IMG/VR virus record: IMGVR_UViG_3300012001_000011 | Source of the DNA: an uncultured virus (IMG/VR IMGVR_UViG_3300012001_000011) | Lineage: Duplodnaviria; Heunggongvirae; Uroviricota; Caudoviricetes | DNA: 64,000 bases | Strand: one strand, 5' to 3' | Shown: in pieces, positions 38,662 to 48,656 of the stretch | Numbering within the stretch: position 1 is the first letter of the stretch | How the letters are laid out: each line of letters starts with the position of its first letter | Translations under genes and position numbers: made by a program | Notes under the pieces: model-generated | Seen by the model: the letters and a program-made list of their open reading frames with translations, nothing else | Told to the model about the DNA's origin: nothing | Database searches by the model: none

Positions 38662-41600
38662 TGGCAACCGTAGTCAATTTTATCGACACCACGTTGCAGG
38701 CCGCATCATCGCGCACTATCAATCTCCCCAATGCCGCAGTAATTTTAACGCCGAGCACGAACACGTTCCACATTAACGCAGCCGGAGCCAATGACCCGGC
38801 CTCAATTACGTTCGCCTATAGCTTGGTCGACTTGGACGGTCCGGCCACGTTCTCCTGCACTGGCGGCACCGTCACGACCTCCGGCAACGTGGCCACGCTC
38901 ACCTATGCAAACATGGCTGGCTCGACTGCTATTGTCACTGCAAGCATTACTGTCAACGGTACGACCTATTCGGCAAGTTGCGCGGTGTCGAAGGTCTACG
39001 ACGGCACGAACGGAGTCAACAACTGCCGCGTGTACGCCTACCAGCGTGCTGCCAGCGCCCCGACTGGCTCGCCCGGCGATGTCACGGTAACTTTCTCCAC
39101 CAATTCGATTACCTCGCCAGCCGCCTTGCTCAATGGCTGGCTTCGTGACATCCCCTCTACGGACGGCAACCCGCTGTACGTCGCTGCAATTTCTGGCGCG
39201 GGGACCGGCTCGACCATTGATCTGCTCAGTGCAGGCTGGAGCGCCGCAGCCGTGCTTGCCACGGATGGTCCGGGCGGGACTGGTACGAACGGAACAAATG
39301 GCCTAAACTCGGCAACCATCACGATCTACCAGCGCAGCGCGAGCGCCACGGCTTTAGCATTGCCGACTGCCGCCACCACATACACTTTCGCAACGGGCGT
39401 GCTGTCCGGTCTTGATAATGGGTGGACCCAAACATACCCTGCCGCAGACTCAGCCAAGCCTTACGTTCAGGTCTCGCTTGCAACGGCTGTAAGCTCAGCA
39501 TCAACCGATACTGTGGCTGCAACGGAGTGGTCAACGGCACAGCTACTCTACGATGCGTCGGCTGTGATTGCGGCTCAAGCAGCAGCCGAGCAAGCTCAGA
39601 CTGACGCTAACACCGCCAACACGACACTCGCAAATATCGCCAGCGACAACATCTTGTCGAAGGGGGAGAAGCCTGCGGCAATCTTGGATTGGAATGTGGT
39701 AACCGGGGAGCTTTCTGGAATACAAACTCAAGCTGACAATCTCTCAGTAAGTCGGACATCATACGATGCGGCATATACGGCTCTGTACGACTATCTGGTC
39801 AGCATTTATCCATCCCCAAGCTGGTCTGATGTCACTGTCGATACGCCAATTGTTGGGAGCACATTCAGCACGAAGTTCTCAGATTACTACACAGCCAAGA
39901 CCTCACTGCTCAACGCCATTGCAGCCAAGGCAGCGACCCTCGCGAATTGGTCGAACATCGCAGGGCAGGTGAACGCACCAGCAAGTAACGCCTCAGCGGA
40001 TGTGGTCCTGAATGGGCGTAACTGCTCAATCTACGGGAATACAGTAAAGCGCACGACTGGTAGTGGTGCTTGGGACGCTGATGCATATACGACCGATGGG
40101 TTTACAGGCGGCGCTTATATCACGTCCCGATTCACAACGATGTCGGGCCAATACACCATGTTTGGTTTTTGTTTGGACCCGTTCTCGGCAGCGGCGACCG
40201 GAACCAGCCGATATGCGAATTTGCTGTACGGAATTTTTGTCGATGGCACTGGCGGCACAAAGGACGTCTATATTTACAGTAATGGGACTCAGGTAGCGAG
40301 CTACGGAAACATAGGTGTCGATGGAGATATTTATGGAATCTATTACGATGACGTGAGCTTTAAATTCACGCGTAACGGTACAGTATTCAACACCATTACG
40401 TCGGGCGTCGCTTCGGGCTTAAAATTGTACGGTGAAGTCTGCATCGTAACGAATGGAATAGCTGTAGATAACGTCCGATTCGGCCCGCAAGTCAGTAATA
40501 ACTTTGCGTCCGTTGGTGGTTCGACAAAGCCTGCGGACAACGCGACCGTTGGCGCCACCGCAGGAACAAACCTGACTGACAGCACCGGAGCGGTAATGAC
40601 CGACGCCCAGGTGCGCAATGGGTACACGGAAAACGGAGTTGGGCACGTTGTGCGCCCGTTGGGAGGCTCTGTTAGCTCAGGCAGTGGCACAGTCGGTGCA
40701 ATTGAAATCCTGCTCCCAGCAGCCATCTATTACAGCAACACGATGCTCCGCATTCGCGTGGAGATATATGAATACGTGACTGGCCGTTCATGCACTTACG
40801 TTCTCAGCGGGTATAACTATTCAGGCGCAGTGCAATGGTACAACGTCACCGCTGAATACACCGGCCCTGTGGCCGGGCGAAAGGTCGTTCGTTTTGGGAA
40901 TAACACGGCAGCAACACGAAACGCGATCTGGATTGGCGAAACAGGTAGCGGGTGGGAGTACCCGAAAGTTCGTATTACAGAGGTTACTACGGGTCATACA
41001 AATTACGATTGGTCTACTTGGGCGAGCGGCTGGACGCTTGGATTCGTAACGTCGTTTGGAACTGTAAATAATCAAGTCGATACGCCAAGTGTTGGCGGCG
41101 CGATGGCGAGCATCGACAGCATCACTGCCGCGAACGTTGCGACCTTCATTGAGGCGAGTGCTATCACTGATACGCAACTGGCCGCTATTGCAGCTGCGAA
41201 GATTACCGGTACGTTAAGTGACTCACAGCTTGCCACAATCGCTGCTGCAAAGATTACAGGCACATTGTCTGATTCTCAGTTAGCCGCAATTGCTTCCACG
41301 AAAATCACAGGCACGCTGACGGACGCGCAAATTGCGAATTTGGCCGCAGCCAAGGTGACTGGACAGATTGTTGGGACGCAGATTACAGATGGGGCTATTT
41401 CAACGGACAAGCTGTCTGCGGGTGCTGTTACTGCGAATGAGATTGCAGCCAACACCATTCTTGCCAAAAATCTTGTTTTATTCAATGCTGATGCTGTCAA
41501 TGCTGACTCAGGACTAAACGATCCAACAACTTGGGGTGCTCCTTCTGGTTGGCCTGCCAATGTAAGTGTAGCAAGCGATATTTCATACCCAATTTCAAGA

Positions 41601-42971
41601 GTCTTGCTTTTTAGCATTGGCGCATCAGGAATAAACATGCTTGGTAGCCCGTTTATTGTTGAAAAGGGCGCATCATACAGGATGAGGGTTAGCTTGTGGG
41701 CAAATTCCGGAACAGCTGGCGCATTCAGTGCAACTCTGCACCTGCCTGGAGTTTCCTACGACGCCATGGCAATCCCTAGGACAGTTGCCAACACCACTGG
41801 ATACAGCTACGATATTGACTGGGCAGCTATACCACCCAACCAGTGGAATACTTATGAGACTGTCGTAACAGCACCTTCAGCCCGTGATTGGCTACAGTTC
41901 ATATTGAGTGGCGCAATAACGGCTGGTGCTTTCTATATTGGCTTCCAACTCACCAGAGCAGCAAGTGCAAATCTGATTGTTGACGGCGCAATCACTACTG
42001 ACAAGCTTACGGCAAATGCTGTGACGGCCGCTAAAATAGCGGCCAACACCATTACAGCTGGGCAGATAGCTGCGAATACGATTACATCGTCTGAGATTGC
42101 GGCAGACACCATTACCGCCGCTAATATCGCAGCCAGCGCCATTACCGCAACAGAGCTGGCAACCGGCGCTGTTATAGCCGGCAAGATTGCAGCAGGCACG
42201 ATTGTGGCTGGTGATATTGCCGCGCTCACCATCACCGGAACGCAAATCGCCGCTAATACGATCACGGCCGCCAAAATCGCAGTTGGTGCGATAACGGCGA
42301 ATGAAATCGCTGCAAACACCATCACCTCGGCGCAGATTGCTGCTGGCACGATTACTGCCACCGAGATTGCAGCCAGTACGATCACCGCTGGCAAGATGAG
42401 CGTAACCGATCTTTCGGCAATCAGTGGTAACTTCACCACGCTACAGTACGGCACTAATGGATATCTTAGCTCGGGGATGACAGCCTACCTAACCGGAACC
42501 GGTTCATGGCAGGGTCTGGTAAGTGGCGTGTTCAAGGCCAGTTGGGGTAATTCAGCCGGCGCGTACATGGCGTGGAACGGTTCGGCGCTCGTAGTCAACG
42601 GCGCGACGATCACTGGCGGCAGCATCGGCACCAGCACCTCGCTACCTGTCTTTACACTAACCGGAACGCTGGATTCTGATACGACTGGTGCTGTTGGTTC
42701 TGCGCAGTCGATAACGCTAACGACCTCTGTCAGCGGCGGGTCTGGCACTTACAAATATACGTGGTCGTTTATCAAGGTTTCTGGCGGAACGTCTGGCACT
42801 ACTGTCACAGGCTCTGGATTATCAAGCAGCACGCTGGGGCTGACCTGCACGCCATCAGGGACAACAAACATGACTGTCTACTACTCGGCAACTGTCACTG
42901 TGGTTGATACCGTTCTTGGGCTAACAAAGACGCTTAGCGGCCTTGGCACTTTCACATTTGGGACGGGTTGA
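38661..42971 (+). CDS. tail fibre/receptor-binding protein
   Basis: 1436 aa, T/S/G-rich; ITAxxIAA repeats; lectin-like segments. Confidence 0.85.
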   Translation: MATVVNFIDTTLQAASSRTINLPNAAVILTPSTNTFHINAAGANDPASITFAYSLVDLDGPATFSCTGGTVTTSGNVATLTYANMAGSTAIVTASITVNGTTYSASCAVSKVYDGTNGVNNCRVYAYQRAASAPTGSPGDVTVTFSTNSITSPAALLNGWLRDIPSTDGNPLYVAAISGAGTGSTIDLLSAGWSAAAVLATDGPGGTGTNGTNGLNSATITIYQRSASATALALPTAATTYTFATGVLSGLDNGWTQTYPAADSAKPYVQVSLATAVSSASTDTVAATEWSTAQLLYDASAVIAAQAAAEQAQTDANTANTTLANIASDNILSKGEKPAAILDWNVVTGELSGIQTQADNLSVSRTSYDAAYTALYDYLVSIYPSPSWSDVTVDTPIVGSTFSTKFSDYYTAKTSLLNAIAAKAATLANWSNIAGQVNAPASNASADVVLNGRNCSIYGNTVKRTTGSGAWDADAYTTDGFTGGAYITSRFTTMSGQYTMFGFCLDPFSAAATGTSRYANLLYGIFVDGTGGTKDVYIYSNGTQVASYGNIGVDGDIYGIYYDDVSFKFTRNGTVFNTITSGVASGLKLYGEVCIVTNGIAVDNVRFGPQVSNNFASVGGSTKPADNATVGATAGTNLTDSTGAVMTDAQVRNGYTENGVGHVVRPLGGSVSSGSGTVGAIEILLPAAIYYSNTMLRIRVEIYEYVTGRSCTYVLSGYNYSGAVQWYNVTAEYTGPVAGRKVVRFGNNTAATRNAIWIGETGSGWEYPKVRITEVTTGHTNYDWSTWASGWTLGFVTSFGTVNNQVDTPSVGGAMASIDSITAANVATFIEASAITDTQLAAIAAAKITGTLSDSQLATIAAAKITGTLSDSQLAAIASTKITGTLTDAQIANLAAAKVTGQIVGTQITDGAISTDKLSAGAVTANEIAANTILAKNLVLFNADAVNADSGLNDPTTWGAPSGWPANVSVASDISYPISRVLLFSIGASGINMLGSPFIVEKGASYRMRVSLWANSGTAGAFSATLHLPGVSYDAMAIPRTVANTTGYSYDIDWAAIPPNQWNTYETVVTAPSARDWLQFILSGAITAGAFYIGFQLTRAASANLIVDGAITTDKLTANAVTAAKIAANTITAGQIAANTITSSEIAADTITAANIAASAITATELATGAVIAGKIAAGTIVAGDIAALTITGTQIAANTITAAKIAVGAITANEIAANTITSAQIAAGTITATEIAASTITAGKMSVTDLSAISGNFTTLQYGTNGYLSSGMTAYLTGTGSWQGLVSGVFKASWGNSAGAYMAWNGSALVVNGATITGGSIGTSTSLPVFTLTGTLDSDTTGAVGSAQSITLTTSVSGGSGTYKYTWSFIKVSGGTSGTTVTGSGLSSSTLGLTCTPSGTTNMTVYYSATVTVVDTVLGLTKTLSGLGTFTFGTG

Positions 42972-42973
42972 TC

Positions 42974-43531
42974 ATGCTGATTGATAAATATTATGCGGGC
43001 GTAGACGGCAACGGGATTATCCAGCAAACGAAGAAAGTTTCAGAGGATGATTCTGGACCGAATGTGCCGCCAGTCGGGCCGTACACGTTCTACCTGCTCG
43101 ATGGGCCGCTTGATTGGGTCATGCCATCGCCAACGTCTCAGCATCGATGGATTGATGGTGCTGCGGCTTGGGTCGAGACCGCAACCCTTGATGAGGCAAA
43201 GGCGATGGCTTGGGACCGCATCAAGGCGGCGCGGGATGTTGCCGAAGCGGCAGACTTTACTTGCGCCGGCTACGCCTACCAATCCGACAAGGCGCGTATA
43301 TCTGGCGCCGCACTGGCCGCGCTGATGGCACAGGTTGCATCGCAGCCGTACACGATCGACTGGACCATTTCCGACAATTCGGTTGTGACGCTGGACGGCC
43401 CGCAGATGATGGCAGTCGGCGTAGCCCTGATGCAGCACATCGATGGCGTTTTTGAAATCGCGCGCGGGCTACGCGTGCAGATCGAGGCCGCAACCACAAT
43501 CGCAGAAGCGGTCGCTGTCAACTGGCCGTAA
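42974..43531 (+). CDS. DUF4376 tail-fibre assembly protein
   Basis: IKAARD...YQSD...IDWTISDNSVVTLD...IEAATT...VNW. Confidence 0.8.
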   Translation: MLIDKYYAGVDGNGIIQQTKKVSEDDSGPNVPPVGPYTFYLLDGPLDWVMPSPTSQHRWIDGAAAWVETATLDEAKAMAWDRIKAARDVAEAADFTCAGYAYQSDKARISGAALAALMAQVASQPYTIDWTISDNSVVTLDGPQMMAVGVALMQHIDGVFEIARGLRVQIEAATTIAEAVAVNWP

Positions 43532-43550
43532 TCAAAACCACTCACCCACC

Positions 43551-43573
43551 AGCCGCCTACGGGCGGCTTTTTT
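43551..43573 (+). terminator. intrinsic terminator
   Basis: agccgcc-tacg-ggcggct followed by T. Confidence 0.8.
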
Positions 43574-43585
43574 ATAGGCGCGACC

Positions 43586-43831
43586 ATGTCCGACCCTTCG
43601 ACCGAAACACAAATCGCCCTGCTGATAGCCGGACAGAACGCGCTCGTTGCGCAACTTGAGGACGTGGAAGCGCGCGCCGATAAGGAGATCGCCGCCGTCA
43701 AGGGCGAGCTTGCTGTGCTCCGGCTTGAGCGTGACAAGGCGCTGAAGTGGGGCGTCATGACGCTGGGCAGTGCGGTGATTAGCCTAGTCGTCTGGATCGC
43801 CGGCAAGGTCATGGGGGGGCATATTCAATGA
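43586..43831 (+). CDS. membrane protein (coiled coil plus C-terminal TM), holin/antiholin-like
   Basis: TM segment WGVMTLGSAVISLVVWIAG; start of the lysis cassette. Confidence 0.65.
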   Translation: MSDPSTETQIALLIAGQNALVAQLEDVEARADKEIAAVKGELAVLRLERDKALKWGVMTLGSAVISLVVWIAGKVMGGHIQ

Positions 43832-44094
43832 AAGTCGATGCGTGGTCTAGGTGCTTCTATTGGCTGCTGCGGATTTTTATCGTCGTGGCCGTCATTGGTC
43901 TAGCTGTTGCGGCGCTGTATCCGACGCATGGCGTAAAGGGCGATCCCGGAATCGCCGGTCCGGCCGGAGCTGACGGGGTGGGGCAGAAGGGTGACACCGG
44001 AAAGCGAGGGCCGGCTGGCGTCGATGGCGTCGAAGGAAAAAAGGGCAGTACCGGCGCGACTGGCGCCAAAGGCACGTTTTGGGGTGGGAAATGA
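43828..44094 (+). CDS. membrane-anchored collagen-like (Gly-X-Y) protein
   Basis: TM segment followed by GVKGDPGIAGPAGADG...GATGAKG; ATGA-coupled at both ends. Confidence 0.7.
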   Translation: MKVDAWSRCFYWLLRIFIVVAVIGLAVAALYPTHGVKGDPGIAGPAGADGVGQKGDTGKRGPAGVDGVEGKKGSTGATGAKGTFWGGK

Positions 44095-44294
44095 AACTGA
44101 TCGACGATTGGCGCTCGGCGCACAAACTGTGGTCCGTGCGATTCGCTGGAGTCACTGCCGCGCTTGCGGGTATGGACTGGCTTATCCCGAGCTTGGCCGA
44201 CATGGTGCCGAAGTGGCTATATCTCGCGCTGGCGTGCGCGATCTTCATTTCGCGGATCATCGCGCAGGAGCCGAGCAATGGCACTGACAAGTAA
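44091..44294 (+). CDS. holin
   Basis: MKLIDDWRSAHKLWSVR...RIIAQ with two TM segments; overlaps the endolysin. Confidence 0.75.
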   Translation: MKLIDDWRSAHKLWSVRFAGVTAALAGMDWLIPSLADMVPKWLYLALACAIFISRIIAQEPSNGTDK

Positions 44295-44760
44295 CCAGCG
44301 GAAGGCGGCAGCGGCTGCGCTGGCAACAGCAATCGCCATTCCGGCCGAAGGGTTGCGCAGAGTCGCGTACTACGATCCCCCGGGAATATTGACGGCGTGC
44401 CGGGGGCATACGGGGGCTGACGTTAAGGCAAACTTCGTCTATAGCCTCGCGCAGTGCGACAAGTGGATGACCGACGACATGCGCAAGGCGGTGGATATCG
44501 TTGACAAGTGCCAGCCCGGCCTGCCGGTTCCGATCCTTGCCGCTTTCGGTGATGCCACCATGAACAGCGGCCCCAAAATCGCGTGCAACCGGGCCGAGTC
44601 TACGGCGGCGCGCAAGCTCGATGCGAAGGATTATGCCGGCGCATGCGCGCAGCTTCCACGGTGGGATAAGGCAAAAATTCTAGGCGTGAAAGTATCGCTG
44701 CCCGGCCTGACCACTCGCCGCAACAATGAAATGGCGCTCTGCCTGAAAGGAATTGTATGA
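44278..44760 (+). CDS. SAR-type endolysin (GH24 lysozyme)
   Basis: Ala-rich N-terminal SAR segment; EG..(Y.D)..T catalytic triad; GLTTRR..E. Confidence 0.9.
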   Translation: MALTSNQRKAAAAALATAIAIPAEGLRRVAYYDPPGILTACRGHTGADVKANFVYSLAQCDKWMTDDMRKAVDIVDKCQPGLPVPILAAFGDATMNSGPKIACNRAESTAARKLDAKDYAGACAQLPRWDKAKILGVKVSLPGLTTRRNNEMALCLKGIV

Positions 44761-45185
44761 GCATCCTCACCGGAATCACCAGTGTCGCAGTCGGTGGCAT
44801 CTGGAAAGTAGGCGCAATTGCCGCTGTGGCGGGCGCTGTGGCGTCATCGGCATATCTTGGCTACGAGTGGCACGGCGCAGCCGCCGAACGCGATACAGCC
44901 ATTTCTGAGCGGTCCAAGGCTGAGACGGCGCGCGACAAGGCGCTGACTGACAACGGCGAACTGCGCGCGGAGATCGCTGGCCAGAACAAGTCCGTTCTCG
45001 ATTTGGCTGAGAAGTCGGTTGCGGCCCAGGAATCGACCGCCGTTGCGCTGGCTGCGTTCGGCCCGATCAATGCCCGCATCAAGGCACTGGCCGCCGCAAT
45101 CGCGGCGCAGAAGCCCAGTGTTACGTGCGAGCAGTCGCTGGCAAAGCAGCGTCAAGCCATCGAGGGACTGAGGGGCGCGAAATGA
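44757..45185 (+). CDS. i-spanin (Rz-like)
   Basis: N-terminal TM segment plus coiled coil, after the endolysin. Confidence 0.75.
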   Translation: MSILTGITSVAVGGIWKVGAIAAVAGAVASSAYLGYEWHGAAAERDTAISERSKAETARDKALTDNGELRAEIAGQNKSVLDLAEKSVAAQESTAVALAAFGPINARIKALAAAIAAQKPSVTCEQSLAKQRQAIEGLRGAK

Positions 45186-45439
45186 AGATTCTTATTCTTC
45201 TTATTCTTCTTACCGGATGTGCCGGCCAGCAAGTGCGCCAGCCCGTCGCTATCGAAGTAGACAAGGTCGTTGCGGTCAAGTGCATCAAGACCGCGCCGGT
45301 TCGGCCGAGCTACGCGACTGAGCAGCTACCCACGACGGCAACCGATATCCAGTACGGTGACGCGCTGGCCGGCGACTGGGTTCTGTCGCGCGGCTACGAA
45401 AAAGAGTTGGAGATTGCCGTACACGCCTGCATCGAGTAG
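45182..45439 (+). CDS. o-spanin lipoprotein (Rz1-like)
   Basis: MKILILLILLTGC lipobox. Confidence 0.8.
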   Translation: MKILILLILLTGCAGQQVRQPVAIEVDKVVAVKCIKTAPVRPSYATEQLPTTATDIQYGDALAGDWVLSRGYEKELEIAVHACIE

Positions 45440-45441
45440 CC

Positions 45442-45726
45442 ATGCAATCCAACTGCCTCCTGTTCGCCGCCCGCCTGCGCTTCCGGTACTGGCTCAAGTG
45501 CCGCCGCGCGCGCCGACTTGGCCTTAAGCCGCCGCCCATGCTCTACGTCGTGCGCCGGGCCAGCTATTGCCGCTGCAATCCATTCCATGTGCTCTTGGGG
45601 CGCATGACCAAGGCCGGCACGCTGCGCCTGGTCTCCTACGTGCCGAACGTGACCGAGAAGCGGAATATCGAAATCCTGTTCGCCGGACATGTCAAGTGGG
45701 GCGATTCGCGAGGTAGTGATGCGTAA
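45442..45726 (+). CDS. hypothetical basic protein
   Basis: SNCLLFA...LFAGHVKWGD. Confidence 0.55.
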   Translation: MQSNCLLFAARLRFRYWLKCRRARRLGLKPPPMLYVVRRASYCRCNPFHVLLGRMTKAGTLRLVSYVPNVTEKRNIEILFAGHVKWGDSRGSDA

Positions 45727-45919
45727 GAAGCCCGCTCCGGACTGCAAGAGTTGCGCATCATGTGAGTCCTACAAGCCAGTCAATCCCGGCGATGACGCGG
45801 GATACTGCCACCTGATGCCGCCTGTCTGGGTCGAGGTCGATGGCGCTGGCAACTGGGCACGCCCCGTCGTCGTCCCGCTCGATTCCTGTCGCTTCTACCT
45901 TCGTCGCCTCAATTCCTGA
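45719..45919 (+). CDS. small Cys-rich protein
   Basis: CASC...GYCHLMPP...PVV...C. Confidence 0.6.
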   Translation: MRKKPAPDCKSCASCESYKPVNPGDDAGYCHLMPPVWVEVDGAGNWARPVVVPLDSCRFYLRRLNS

Positions 45920-45927
45920 AAGCTCCA

Positions 45928-47112
45928 ATGCCAATCCCGAAAACAGTAATTGACGTCAGGCTGCTCGAATGGGCGACGCCGACGCAAGCGAAATACGTGG
46001 AGGCGACGAATCGACTTGGCAGCGGCACCAAGGCGGCCAAAGAATTAGGCGTGGCTAAGAACGCGGTCAACGAGTCGCTTATGCGGCTCAAGGCTGCGGC
46101 GGCGCTCAAGGGGTATTCGCCCGAGCACAGCATGACGCGCACCGTTCCAGACGGGTTCATGACGAAGCGCATCAGCACGAACTACAAGAGCGACGGCAGT
46201 GTGGGGCAGCAATGGGTAATAGCTACGCCGGACGGTGAGCGGCAAGCCGAACTGCGCCGCATTGCCTTCGCAGCCATGGCAGAGGAATTGCCGCGCCTGA
46301 AGCCTGTGAGGGCGCCCGCCAAGACAATAGACGCGCTTTGCAATCTTGTCGTTTTCACGGACTACCACGTCGGGCAGCTTTCCTGGCATAAGGAGGGCGG
46401 GGCCGATTGGGATCTGAAGATTGCCGAATCGATGCTGCTCAACAGCTTTGTACACATGGTGGAGTCGGCCCCGAAGGCGAGCGCGTGCGTGCTTTGCCTT
46501 CAAGGCGACTTCCTGCACACGGATGGACTTTTGCCACTCACGCCGGGGCATAAAAACGTTCTCGATGCGGATGGCCGGTTCTCCAAGATCGTAGCGACCG
46601 CAATCCGCGTTATCCGGCACCTGATCGCCTTCGCGCTATCCAAGCACGACACGCTACACCTCATCATTTGCGAGGGCAACCACGATGAGGCCAGTTCGAT
46701 GTGGCTGCGCCAGATGTTCGCCGCCATGTATGAGGGCGAACCGCGCATGACGGTCAATGATTCTGAGTTGCCGTATTACGTCCACCAGCACGGCGAGGTG
46801 ATGCTTGGGTTTCACCATGGGCACAAGGTCAACAACGAGCAGCTACCCATGCTGTTCGCGGCCCAGTATTCCAAGATGTGGGGCGCGACAACGAAACGGT
46901 ACGCTCACTGTGGGCACCGCCACCACGTTGACGAAAAGGAATATGCCGGCATGTCTGTCGCGCAGCACCCGACGCTTGCGGCCCGTGATGCGCACGCCTC
47001 ACGCGGCGGCTGGATATCGGATCGCGCCGCCAACGTGGTCACGTACCACAAGCGCTTCGGCAAGGTCGGGCAGACGGTAGTCTGCCCTGAGATGTTCGAG
47101 GACGCTGCATGA
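45928..47112 (+). CDS. HTH plus calcineurin-like metallophosphoesterase
   Basis: DYHVG, GDFLH, GNHD, HHGH and GHRH motifs; N-terminal HTH (KAAKELGV). Confidence 0.85.
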   Translation: MPIPKTVIDVRLLEWATPTQAKYVEATNRLGSGTKAAKELGVAKNAVNESLMRLKAAAALKGYSPEHSMTRTVPDGFMTKRISTNYKSDGSVGQQWVIATPDGERQAELRRIAFAAMAEELPRLKPVRAPAKTIDALCNLVVFTDYHVGQLSWHKEGGADWDLKIAESMLLNSFVHMVESAPKASACVLCLQGDFLHTDGLLPLTPGHKNVLDADGRFSKIVATAIRVIRHLIAFALSKHDTLHLIICEGNHDEASSMWLRQMFAAMYEGEPRMTVNDSELPYYVHQHGEVMLGFHHGHKVNNEQLPMLFAAQYSKMWGATTKRYAHCGHRHHVDEKEYAGMSVAQHPTLAARDAHASRGGWISDRAANVVTYHKRFGKVGQTVVCPEMFEDAA

Positions 47113-47294
47113 CCATTCGCCCCTGCCGCTGCGGCCAAATACCGCAGATTACCGAGACAACGGTAAAGCAAATCCACATGATCCGCGTCAAGTGCGCGTG
47201 CGGCGAGCAGGGCGCGGCGCTGCTGTATACGAAGCCAGAAGACCGGGCGCGAATGGTGCAGGCGGCTTGGGATGGGTGGAATCTCGGTGCATAG
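47109..47294 (+). CDS. small Zn-ribbon protein
   Basis: PCRCG...CACG...WN (Lar-like); coupled. Confidence 0.55.
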   Translation: MTIRPCRCGQIPQITETTVKQIHMIRVKCACGEQGAALLYTKPEDRARMVQAAWDGWNLGA

Positions 47295-47552
47295 CGCGGG
47301 TTGTATTTGCGCTTTACAGCCTACGTGGCGTTTTCGTTGAAAATACAGCGCTAAGTGTTTGTTTTGTGGCGGTCTATACAGTGGTTTTGTGTGGGTATTG
47401 TATAATGCTAGATTCGCTGTTAAGCGCATGATTCCATTCACAAAAGAGCTATCTCAGCATGCTTTCTACTGCAAATATAAGGGTTAGAAAGTAGCCTTAC
47501 TGGCTGCATGGCGTTGGCAAAGTTTACTAATATTCGTTGAATATTTTACGAA
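47295..47552. other. putative attP region
   Basis: AT-rich intergenic gap downstream of int; TTCGTTGAA at 47333 and 47533. Confidence 0.55.
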
Positions 47553-48656
47553 TTACTTTGCCGTGATGACCTGATAACCCTGCCCGCGCATGTCGTCGTA
47601 TTTCGCTGTCATCGAGGCGTTTTTGTGCCCCATCATCGACTGTGCAAACGCGGCGCCAAACTCGGCCTTAAACAGCCGTTCGGCTAGGCTGCGAATCTCG
47701 TGGAAGGTTGGCGGCGTCCTGCCCTCTGCTGCCGTGATCTTGGCTGATGCCACCGCCTCTTGAAACGCATTCGACAGGCCATTTCCCGGTATTTTATCGC
47801 CGGGCCGTGCCGTCCCTCGGTGCATCGTGTGGTGGACCATATGCCGGCTCACGACCAGATCGCGGCATTCCTGTATCGCCTCGCCTATCGACACGCCGAC
47901 GACTGCCAATCGAATATTGACGTCCAATTGCAGCTTGATTTCGCCCTGACTCTTTTCTTGCGCCACATGCAAATATCCGTCGCGTTGGTCGGCGAACTTC
48001 ATGCTTGCGATGTCGCCCCGGCGCTGGCCGGTCACAAGGGCCAGCAGCATAGCTCGTTGCAGCCATACTGGCGCGCAGGCTCGGATTGCATGGAACTGCT
48101 CAAGAGTCAGGCGTTCGCGCCGCACAGAGCGGCTGGCGGTGTATGTGGCGCTTACCGGGTTTTTCCCCTGCTCGATCAAGCCTTGGGTCTCGGCCATGCG
48201 GAAAACGTCCCGCATCCTGGCGCGCATGCCGACAGCCGACGACGAGCCGCTTTCCTGCTCGACCGCTTCCAGCAACGTAGCCGCGTGCGCCGTGCCAATC
48301 TCGGATAGCCGCATCCATGCGCAATCTGCTGCGGCTATCCGCTTGAGATAGCCGGAAGCGTTGCGCAGCGTGTTTGGCGCAGGGTCGGTCTTGCTGCTCC
48401 ACAGTTCCTTGTAGATCGGCACCCACTCGGCTAACGTGTAATCCTTCTTGCCCGTCAGCCAGTCAACCAGCGAGGACGGCTTGCGATTAGCGATTGCGGC
48501 ATTGCCCGACCGCGCCTCGGCAAACGCCTTCGCCTTGTCTCGGCCTAGTCCTAGTGACCGCTTACTTTCAGGGTCAATGAAATAGAAGTATCCCGCCGTG
48601 TTTTGATACAGGTTCGGCGGGAACCCGCTGTTCTTTGCCAATCGCTTCCTGCCCAT
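47553..48656 (-). CDS. int: tyrosine integrase (lambda Int family)
   Basis: N-terminal arm-binding domain (PPNLY...YFYF); TGQRRGD, FHEIRSL, MGH...TAKY. Confidence 0.95.
   Translation of the reverse strand: MGRKRLAKNSGFPPNLYQNTAGYFYFIDPESKRSLGLGRDKAKAFAEARSGNAAIANRKPSSLVDWLTGKKDYTLAEWVPIYKELWSSKTDPAPNTLRNASGYLKRIAAADCAWMRLSEIGTAHAATLLEAVEQESGSSSAVGMRARMRDVFRMAETQGLIEQGKNPVSATYTASRSVRRERLTLEQFHAIRACAPVWLQRAMLLALVTGQRRGDIASMKFADQRDGYLHVAQEKSQGEIKLQLDVNIRLAVVGVSIGEAIQECRDLVVSRHMVHHTMHRGTARPGDKIPGNGLSNAFQEAVASAKITAAEGRTPPTFHEIRSLAERLFKAEFGAAFAQSMMGHKNASMTAKYDDMRGQGYQVITAK

Noticed and set aside
38661..43531. Diversity-generating retroelement or invertible tail-fibre system
   Set aside because: No reverse transcriptase, invertase or template/variable repeat pair seen.
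45188..45212. ATTCTT/CTT microsatellite
   Set aside because: It simply encodes the Ile/Leu signal peptide of the o-spanin, in frame.
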